A stretch of DNA of 64,000 bases, taken from Eledone cirrhosa. Taxonomy: Eukaryota. A program made the translations under genes and the position numbers. Positions 36,049 through 45,482 of this stretch are shown here, in pieces. Positions within the stretch are counted from its first letter, which is position 1. Every line of letters begins with the position of its first letter. Location of the stretch: the NCBI GenBank assembly GCA_964016885.1, contig OZ024741.1, forward strand, positions 377,332,001 to 377,396,000. Direction: 5' to 3'. Below the pieces are notes generated by a model, which did no database searches, was not told where the DNA came from, and saw only the letters and a list, made by a program, of their open reading frames with translations.

Positions 36049-36240
36049 AGGGCGGTGGATTGGCAGTATCAGTAGATAGTCGGACGCCATGCTTTCCAGC
36101 ATAGTTACGTCCCTTTACGGTCTGTGTTCAAATCCCACCGAGGTTAACTTTGCCTTTCATCCTTACGGGGTCGATAAAATAAAGTACCAGTAATGTACTG
36201 GGTAATTGCTGGCCTTGTGCCAAAAGTAGAAACAATTATT
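36049..36240 (+). mobile_element. tRNA-derived SINE with 18-nt TSD
   Basis: ATTATTATACTCAGTATC at 36030-36047 and 36235-36252. Confidence 0.92.
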
Positions 36241-36245
36241 ATACT

Positions 36246-36425
36246 CAGTATCGGTAGAGAGTCGGACGCCATGCTTTTTCCAGCATAGTTACGTCCCTTT
36301 ACGGTCTGAGTTCAAATCCCGCGAAGGTTAACTTTGCTTTTCATCCTTACGGCGTCGATAAAATAAAGTACCAGTAATTTACTGGTTAATTGCTGGCCTT
36401 GTGCCAAACGTAGAAACACTTATTA
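36246..36425 (+). mobile_element. tRNA-derived SINE, slightly 5'-truncated
   Basis: Match to the SINE family from CAGTATCGGTAGAG onward. Confidence 0.9.
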
Positions 36426-36489
36426 TAATTATTATTCCCCTATAGGGGAATTTATTTTGATATATTTATGCATAGTTTATTTTATATTT

Positions 36490-38860
36490 TTATATCTTCA
36501 TTGATAAATGTGATTTTAATACGCTCCTTACTCTCCTTATGTACTCAGATCTTATCAATTCCTTTAATTTTTTTCGGTTCTTGATGTCATCTGCCACCAG
36601 AACACCTAAATATGTGTACTCTTCAGTGTCAATTTCCTTTACCATCTCACCTGTTGGTACCTGGATCCCGTTGCTTCTGCTCAATTTACACCTTCATCAC
36701 TAGGACTCCACACGTATTAATACCAAATTGCATACATATATCATTGCTCAAAATATTGACAGTGTCAACAAGTACATCCAACTCCTTATCAACCTTCCCG
36801 AAGAGTTTAAGATTGTCCATGAAGAGGAGGTAGTTGATGGCAAGCTCTCCTTTTCCCAACTTGTATCCTGTTCTCACTTTTCGCAATATAACGGTCAGGG
36901 GTATCAGGGCAAGGACAAACAGCAGAGGAGACAAACTACCTCCCTGGAAGATACCTCTCTTGATATTCACGCCTCCCAAGGATTCTCCACTCGATGCTAA
37001 CTCTGTTTCCCAGGACTTCATACTTTTGCTCAACAACTGTCTGATGTTATCTGCCACCTTGAAGATCTCTAGGCTTTTGGTTATCCAAGAATGCCTTTTT
37101 GTTGTCTATCGATCCCATGGCAAGACCAGTGTGTCTCCTCTTGCAATTCCTCATTACCATCTTATCAATAAGTAACTGGTCTTTTGTACCACGGGACTTC
37201 TTTTGGCATCCTTTCTGTTCGTCCGGTAACAAGTTGTTTATGTGGAGGTGATGGTGGATTTCCTCAGACACAATCCTTGTTAAGAGTTTCCACATTACGG
37301 ACAGACATGTGATAGGTCTATAGTTGGTAACATCATTACCCTTGGTTTGGTCTTTCATTACCAGAAATGTAGAACCTTTTGTCAACGACTCTGGTACCTC
37401 ACCCGACATCAAGCAGTCATTGAACATGGTTGTCAGTTTCGGGTGGAGGGATGTTATAATCTAGGCCTAGTGATTTCCAGTTGGTTAGTTTTTTGGCCTG
37501 CCCTTTAAGAGTTGTGACTGTGATACTCAAATCAAGTGGTTCGTGTGCTTGTTCACTAATCTCCTTTAGAACTGTTTCTATCCACACTGCCTGACTATTA
37601 TGTTCAACATCCTGCTCCCAGATTCCTCTCCAGAATGTCTTAGTCTGTTCCGCCTCAGGTCTCAAGTGGTTTCCATTTTCTTTCCCTTCAAGCTGTCTAA
37701 ACAACATATTCTGATTGTTGTTAAACATGCGGTTCTGTCTATACTGAGTGACTTTGTTCTCATGCCGCCCAATCTTTGCACTTTTTACTATAATGCGTTG
37801 CTTCAGTTCCTCTATGAAAATATTTAGCTTTTTCCCTCTAGTTTTGTATTTTATTTCCAATCTATCTTTAGTTTCTATATTTTGTAATGTCCCATTCAGT
37901 AAGGACTCAATATTTCCAATGTCTTTTCTCATTTCCTTGATTTGACCATTCTGTCGTTTCTTCCACTAAGGTTCTGATCTTTTATGTTTGTTGTTTCCTC
38001 TCGTTTTTACGCCAAGTAATTTCCACACCACATTTGCGGTTGCTTTGAGGATATTGTTGCATTGGTGAAGGTTCTTCGCCTCAAGGTATGGGATGGCTTT
38101 GTTTACCTTAGCTGTTGTTTCTTTAACTTTTTCCTCTCTACAAATCATAGGTTTTCCATTATCATTGTTCATTTCATCTACCACAAAGTTCAGGATATAA
38201 ACCAAATCTTGTCCTAGCCCGTCAGCATTCATTTCCTCAATAGCCGTATATTTGTTCCAGATGTTATTTATTTCAGCTTCAGATCATTGTCTGCTTCGGA
38301 TGCTTCCTCAGGTCTATCAACCTCTTCACCTTCATTTCTCACTGGCTCGTTTGCCTGGCATACTCCACTCTCCATTTCCAACTTAATCTCTCTGCTCAGT
38401 TCCTCCAGTTCCAACTCGCTTATCCATCTATTAGTTCTTATTACCCGAGCCTGCCCGACCAATTTTTGTTCATCTAATTTAAATGATCTCGTTCCAGATG
38501 TTATGCATCCGTTTCCTATACCCTTTTTCCATGGGATTACTCTTCAGGTAACATTTCATGACAGTAATATTACATTCTTTCGTCCAGTTGGTGCTTGTCA
38601 CTTTCCCTCTTCTTCCTCCAACACCTGCAGTATTTACATGACAGCCAGGTCCCTGCTGCTGGGACAGGGAGCACTTGCTGGGTGAGAGTCTTTCACATGA
38701 CGTTCCAGTCTCCTTTTCACTGTTATTCGAACTGTTTAGGTTTGACATTTAAACACTCATATCGAGGATTGGTGAATGTATAGTTACATAACCACCGGTG
38801 ATTTCATCAACCCCGGTGATTTTAGCGTGTCACCATCACGCCGTAGACGAACATAAATAA
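36490..38860 (-). mobile_element. Older R4/Dong-like family A relative: 5' region through RT, 3' part missing
   Basis: Fragmented ORFs from 36490 to 38748 are colinear with the N-terminal two thirds of 2691-6080. The ORF extends upstream as MSNLNSSNNSE. The 5' boundary is approximate. Confidence 0.88.
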
Positions 38861-38984
38861 ATAAACAAATCAATAAATAAAAACATAAAAACATTGACAT
38901 AAGTTTCATTGTAATGTTTCAAGGCCAGTAACATCGGTTACTAGTGTTGTTGTTGCTGCTGCCCCTATTTTTGATTTTAGCAAC

Positions 38985-39418
38985 GCGGCAGGGCGGTGGC
39001 AACGGGTAGTGTCTGACCTATGCCGTCGGGAACTTCGGTTCCTGGTAGGACCACCCAAGCGGATTGGTCTGACACCCAGCGGTATTAGTGCTGCAACCCG
39101 GCAAAAGGGGCTCTGGTGAAAATCCAAGAGGTGTCTGTTCCGTGCGTCTGTGGAGAATCTGCGGCAAACAGGACGATTTCCCCTCGTTCCGGATATACAT
39201 GCGAGATTTTTTGGGACCGCTTGGGAATTCACTAGTCCCATGACACTTCTTCCATGAATCCTACAAATACGAACTATGAATACAAATTGCCTTCCCGCTA
39301 CGAACGCAATGCAAAACAACAACGCTCCTACCGCTATGGCTCTACAGACAACTCCCGCAGTAGACCCGCTCTTCAGAGGAAAGAAGGAATTGAGTATGGC
39401 GTGCTGGAACGTCCGAAC
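38985..39418 (+). mobile_element. RTE-clade LINE 5' UTR and ORF start (rest deleted)
   Basis: ATG at 39276 reads MNTNCLP...KKELSMACWNVRT, an APE N-terminal WNVRT motif. The UTR motif CTATGCCG..GTAGGACCACCCAAG..GGTC resembles RTE/BovB 5' UTRs (from memory). Confidence 0.7.
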
Positions 39419-40160
39419 AACAGAAGGGACAAACTATCTCCCTGGAAGATAGCTCTCTTGATCTTCACGCCTTCCAAGGATTCTCCACACGATGTTAACT
39501 CTGTCTCCCAGGACTTCATACTTTTGCTCAACAACTCTCTGATGTTTTCTGCCACATTGATGATCTCTAGGCTTTTGGTTATCCAAGAATGAGGTACCAT
39601 ATCGTATGCCTTTTTGTAATCTATCCATCCCATGGCAAGACCAGTGTATCTCCTCTTGCAAATCCTCATTACCATCCTATCAATAAGTAACTGATCTTTT
39701 GTACCACGGGACTTCTTTCGGCATCCTTTATGTTCGTCCGGTAAGAAGTTGTTTATGTGGGGGTGATGGTAGAGTTCCTTAGATACAATGCTGTTAACAG
39801 TTCCCACATTACGGACAGACATGTGATAGGTCTATAGTTGGTAACATTATTACCCCTGATTCGGTCTTTCAATACCAGAACTGTGGTACCTTTTGTGAAC
39901 CACTCTGGTACATAACCCGACATCAAGCAGTCATTCAACATGTTTGATTTTTCGGGTGGAGGGATGTTATATTTTTAATCCAATAGCCCTCCACACCATC
40001 TTGGTCTGGTAGGTTAGTTTTTTGGCCTGCCCTTTAAGAGTTTCAACTGCGATACTCAAATCAGTTCATTGGTGTGCTTGTTCACTAATCTCCTTTTGTA
40101 CTGTCTCAATCCACACTACCTGATCGTTATGTTTAACATCCTGCTCCCATATTCCTCTCA
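39416..40160 (-). mobile_element. R4/Dong-like family A internal RT fragment, old
   Basis: Motifs NYRPITCL, RGTKDQL, WIDYKKAYDMVPH, IFQGDSLS. Confidence 0.88.
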
Positions 40161-40161
40161 C

Positions 40162-40237
40162 TTATAAAATAAAGTACCACTAATGTACTGGGTAATTTCT
40201 GGCCATGTGCCTGAAGTAGAAACAATTATTATTATTA
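40162..40237 (+). mobile_element. SINE 3' fragment, tail-to-tail with family B
   Basis: ATAAAATAAAGTACC..GTAGAAACAATTATTATT. Confidence 0.82.
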
Positions 40238-41343
40238 TAGTTGCATTGATCTTCATACGAGTTATCACCAAGTCACAACCAGTGACCTCAAGAGACAACA
40301 AGGTCTGCCATGTTCATGAAAGAACATACATACACACACACTAATCTTTAGGTGTTTAGACTTGTGATGTATTTATATTGACAGAATCTTCCTGAGTATA
40401 TGGGCAGTTCCCATTAGTACTATTTTTGTATTTCTCCTATACGCGGGTTTCCTGAGATTTGCGATATGTAATCAATAGACCATTTAGGTATCATTCCTAG
40501 AGCGCCTACAACCACTGGTATTGTTTTAGTTCTCAATTTCCACATGTTTCCAATTTCTATCTCCAGGTCCTTATACTTGCTCTATTTTACAAATATTTTT
40601 ATAGATACATTCTTGTCTATTGGAACGGACATATGAATTAACAGGCATATCCTCTTTTTAAAGTCCTTCAGTATTATATCGGGTCTATTTGCATCTATTT
40701 TTCGGTCTGTTTGGATGCCAAAGTTCCACAAGATTGACATGTGATATTTTTCAAGTATGGGAGGTGGTTGATGCTCCCACCAATTCTTTTGATGGGGCAG
40801 GTCAAAATTCTTACACATTATCCAATGTATGTATTGTGCAGCTCTGTCATGCCTGTTTAGATGTTCGGTCGGAGCTATCGGACTGCACATTGAAATTATA
40901 TGGTCAATAGTCTCTGGTTGATTTTTACATACACGGCATAATGGATTGCATCCATTCTTTTATTATGTTGGCTTGGTAATTTGTTGTTGGCAGACACTGA
41001 TCTTGTGCTGATATAATCAGTCCTTCAGTCTCCGATTTCAGTCCAGAGGATGCCAACCACTGATGGGTTAAAGTGTTGTTAACATCAGGATTGTTAGCTC
41101 TTTCTGGATATTTTCCATACAGAGGCTTTTCTTGCCATTTCTTAGCCAGTTTCTGTAGCAGTTCTTTCTTTGCAGTTACTTTTACCTGCTTTGCTTTTTC
41201 TGTGTTTTCCATCTCAGCAGTAAATGGGACTTCTGAAACTTGTAGTCCATCACTGTATCTTTGTGCATCTTTTGTAATGGAGTATGATCTTTTGATGCTT
41301 TCGTGTTTCAAAACGAGTTTGATCATTCAATCATGTGATTCCC
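40238..41343 (-). mobile_element. R4/Dong-like family B, 1.1-kb copy
   Basis: Colinear with 6350-7467, including the same 5' end; followed by (TTA)n at 41344-41391. Confidence 0.92.
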
Positions 41344-41392
<49 letters not shown>

Positions 41393-41393
<1 letters not shown>

Positions 41394-41594
41394 GCGCTTG
41401 GAAACTGGAATGTCTCCAGGCGCTCTCTGCCCTCTCCCAGTTGGGCACCAGTAACGGTGGAACGTCCACCTAGGCGTTCTATAGAGGACTAGTGGAGGGG
41501 AAGAGCGACGACATTCTCGGAGAGATCTTTGGGGTTAGAAGAAGATCAGCTGTTTGCTCTCTTCCGGGGAACTTTCAGCCCGGAGAAACTTTCC
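41393..41594 (+). mobile_element. Tx1-A-like ORF2 fragment starting at an (ATT)n tract
   Basis: Aligns with ~11743-11950 (AGCGCTTGG...TTCTATAGAGGACTAGTGGAGGGGAAGAGCGACGAC). Confidence 0.85.
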
Positions 41595-41915
41595 ACCGTG
41601 AGGCGGGTGTCGGGTGTTCCATGGCTTTGGAGTAGGCCACAGACAGGGGAGCCAAAGTGGTGGGCGATGTTGATTTCTGTGTGTGTATTTTATGCGTGAG
41701 TCAATGTGTAAATATCTTCTTCAATAAGGGATGATTATAACATAAATAACCATACATCTATGTAATCCTCGAAATTAGAAAATATAAATATGGTTTAGAT
41801 ACACCAGCACTCATCATTGTCGTTCAAGTCACCCAATCATATAAGGGTTTTTCATAACTATGTTGATACATATATAATTTAATCACATCATTCTAACTCG
41901 TACTATTATTTAACT

Positions 41916-42100
41916 AGGGCGGTGAATTGGCAGTATCGGTAGAGGGTCGGACATACTTTACAGCATAGTTACGTCCCTTTACGATCTGAGTTCAAATCCT
42001 GTCGAGGTTAACTTTGCCTTTCATGCTTACGGGGTCGATAAAACAAAGTACCAGTAATGTACTAGGTAATTGTTGGCCTTGTGCCTAAAATAGAAACAAC
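41916..42100 (+). mobile_element. tRNA-derived SINE with 14-nt TSD
   Basis: ACTATTATTTAACT at 41902-41915 and 42099-42112. Confidence 0.9.
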
Positions 42101-42789
42101 TATTATTTAACTCACATTTTACCAATAATAGTTGTCTATGTTTTTATTTTTATTTTAAGGTACATTATCGTATATTGTTTGTTGGACACGTGGAGAAAGG
42201 TTTTGAGTATCAGATGAATTTCAGGGTGTAATGCGCTATATATAATTAAGTGACATTAGTAGACAATAACTAATAATTGTGATGACACTATCATTAGATA
42301 TATGTAAGTTTTCTTGTTATATACAGTAGTAAGATTGTCAGATTCAGAGATAACTGTGAGTACAGAAAACATCTCTCTATCACTTACATAGAAATGACAT
42401 TCTGTAAATATCGGAAATTATATAATGTACCCAATTAGTCTATATAATATGACAATCAGATGCAATCATATGACAATCGTCATGTGGCGAAGCAGCAGAT
42501 AATAAAATACCTGATTGGTGCCCTATCAATGAGACACTGGCCCAGCTATAGCTCATGTTGATTAGTCTAAGTCTGTAATTCTCTCTTAAAATAGGTTAAT
42601 GTCAATATCAGAAATGAGTGGAAAATAAATAATTTTCTATATAGATAACGAACACAACCACAAGGATATGACCCGCATGTGGAAAAGCTGAACCCCCACT
42701 GTCATTGCCTCCATTTCTCTCGCCCACCCCATCTCTCTGTATGGTGAGAAAATGGGGTCCCACGTGCTGGCCTCCCCACAGCTCCGGCG

Positions 42790-43095
42790 GACAGAATGGA
42801 GAAGGCGTTTTCCCGGAGGATGTAAGGGAAATGCGCTGGAAGAACCATTTGATCTCACGAGGCTCACACCTACGGCTGGCCAGCTCAGCGCCTATGGTGG
42901 TAAGTACGGAGGTAGCCCTTAGGCCAAGGATACTAGAAGACTCCACTGGCAAGGGCATGGCCGCAAACCTGTCGGAGAGCGACCGGTACTTGGTGAGTTT
43001 GCCCTCCTCATCCTGACGTGCGGTAGAACCTGGGTTAGTCGCAGACTGCACCAGGTTGCGTCTGGAGAATGTGTTGCTGCAAGTGGCATCCTTGA
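42790..43095 (-). pseudogene. CRE-like non-LTR retrotransposon C-terminal RLE fragment
   Basis: DATCSNT...EEGKLTKY...PLPVESS..LG...REIKWFFQRIS..LRENA matches the CRE-type pattern WDxTC / E..K..KY / P.AVET.G / QRLS..QRGNA. Confidence 0.7.
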
Positions 43096-44072
43096 CACTA
43101 TGTGTAAGTGTGATTTCATACTCATAGTTTCTTCAGTGCCGTTATAATACAAGTTTAAATTATCGATGAACTTGGTTCTTTTAAAGCTTAACTTTATTCG
43201 AAATATGGTAGCACATATGAAACAGTACACTGATCACTCAACCAGATGTCCTACAACGGGCAACGTATATATTTATCTCTAATCGGATATGTATATAGTA
43301 AGCCTATACATTTCTATTCTTGCGTTCGGCATTTAATAATTTGCGTGTATGCATGTATATACATAGATTTTATATATATATATACGCTGAGAGGCAAATT
43401 GTTACACAAACACAATACACCATATGTATACGCTTGCAAAGAAACGCTTATATATTTCTATCTATAAATACATAGTCACATTACCATACATATATACACA
43501 TTACCATACATATATATAAACAAGTGCAATAATTTCTTTATATATGTACACACACAAACATAGACACACATACACACCCTCACGCACATACACTCACACA
43601 CATATATATGTATATATATTTATATAAGTGTAGGTATATGTATTTATATATTTGCATATATATGTGTGTGCGTGTTCATCTGTATATATACACATATATA
43701 TCTATGCGTGTATATGGCGTATAATATAAAATATTGAAATTATTTTGTAATAAATAATTTTATTTCTATATAAATATAATAGTTTATATTCCTTGTACAT
43801 AAGTATTATTTTTCACAATGATGTATATACATAAACACATAGAAAGTAAACTATATTCATATCACACAAACATCTACGCTTATATCAGTTGTAATATCTC
43901 TTAATAGAAGACTTACAAATCCATAATTTTTACGAAAAAGTATTCACAATGTAATATGTCAATTTTGTTTATTCTGTGATATGGAAATATTTGATAAGGA
44001 AAATGCTTATATGATTTTTTTCTCTTATTTAATAAATATTGTTTTATTTGTATTTGCCTGACAGATAATGAT

Positions 44073-44400
44073 TAGCAAAATATATTATTTTTTCCAGGGA
44101 ATATTGTTGTTAAATTAAACATTATCAGTATAAAAGAAACAAAAAGGTATAAAATGAAGATTATAATTACATTTCTTCAAAGAGAACATGAGTATGCTTT
44201 TATACCCGAAAACTGTTTCTTAAAATTGCCTTTACCAAAATAAATGTTTGCTTATAGCTAGCTTTTATTTATCAAGATATCTGAGCATCGACTTTTGTAG
44301 TCAACTCTGTATACGTGTGCATAGATTTCCAGAAATGTGCATGCATGAATGCACATAATTAATTTTTCATCTCTACATGTAAATATACATACATGCATAT
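44073..44400. repeat. Left arm of a ~330-bp inverted duplication (mate at 48595-48923)
   Basis: Reverse-complement match, e.g. TTCCAGGGAATATTGTTGTTAAATTAAAC versus GTTTAATTTAACAACAATATTCCCTGGAA. Confidence 0.9.
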
Positions 44401-44562
44401 ATATATATATATACTATGAGTGAGAAATGAAATTTCGTTTCATTCATTTCCATTTATATATATACATATAGATATATAGATGTATATATGTGTGGGGGGG
44501 GGGGGGGGGGCGTGTGTGCGTGTGTGCATGTGTGTGTGTGTGCATGTATGTACCTATTTTAA

Positions 44563-44593
<31 letters not shown>

Positions 44594-44675
44594 CATAACG
44601 AAGGAATTGTGGTAAGGAACCAGATGGATCATAACGCACAAAAGTACTCAATACTTAGGGTAGTAGAGTGGGTAA

Positions 44676-44787
44676 TAGGAACAAGTATGACCCCGTCGGC
44701 AGAGTGCAAGCCGTTCGACCGCTATTTCTGGACTCAGAAATAGCCGTCGAAACGGCTTGAGCTCTGCGGTCGGTGTACTTGTTCCTA
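44676..44787. repeat. GC-rich long hairpin within (TA)n
   Basis: TAGGAACAAGTA..GCAGAG..CAAGCCGTT.CGAC.GCTATTTCTG-gact-CAGAAATAGC.GTCG.AACGGCTTG..CTCTGC..TACTTGTTCCTA. Confidence 0.85.
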
Positions 44788-44791
44788 TATA

Positions 44792-44825
<34 letters not shown>

Positions 44826-44862
44826 AAATAGGTACATACATGCACACACACTCACATAGACA

Positions 44863-44965
<103 letters not shown>

Positions 44966-45166
44966 ATACTTGGGGAGGGTCATATTTATGTAATATTGCC
45001 AGAATTAATAACAGAACACACTCACTGTTTGGTTGGTTTTCGCTTTTCGCCTCTGTGTCTTTTATATCGGTATTCTAATTTATTCGGTCCTGAATGTTGC
45101 CATTGACTGACCAACGGTCAAAAATAATTAAGATACAGTATAGACACAAACACATATATATAGTTT

Positions 45167-45208
45167 ATCAAAGTTCTTTCGTTGCACATCTGCAACATCG
45201 TTAGTGGT
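45167..45208 (-). ncRNA. Degenerate hammerhead variant in the PLE2 pLTR
   Basis: CUAACGA-U-GUUGCA-gaug-UGCAAC-GAAAGAACUUUGA. One core substitution relative to CUGACGA. Confidence 0.55.
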
Positions 45209-45482
45209 GCTATTGTTTCCTCCCGTTGCATTGTATTTTCTACGCCATCTTTATTTAGTCTATTTATATATTTATTTATTTCTTTTATTTTTTTTTGTCT
45301 TCTTTGCGCATGCGTTTGCGTGTGTGTATAGTGTTTTGTTTGATGTGTGTTCGTGATTGGGTGACTGTGTATTGGTTAATATATTCTATCTTTACTAGTG
45401 TGTGTTTATATGTGTTTGTTGTTATTGTGCTTGTGTATGTATTTATTTATTTATTTATTTATTTATTTATCTATTTGTTTAT

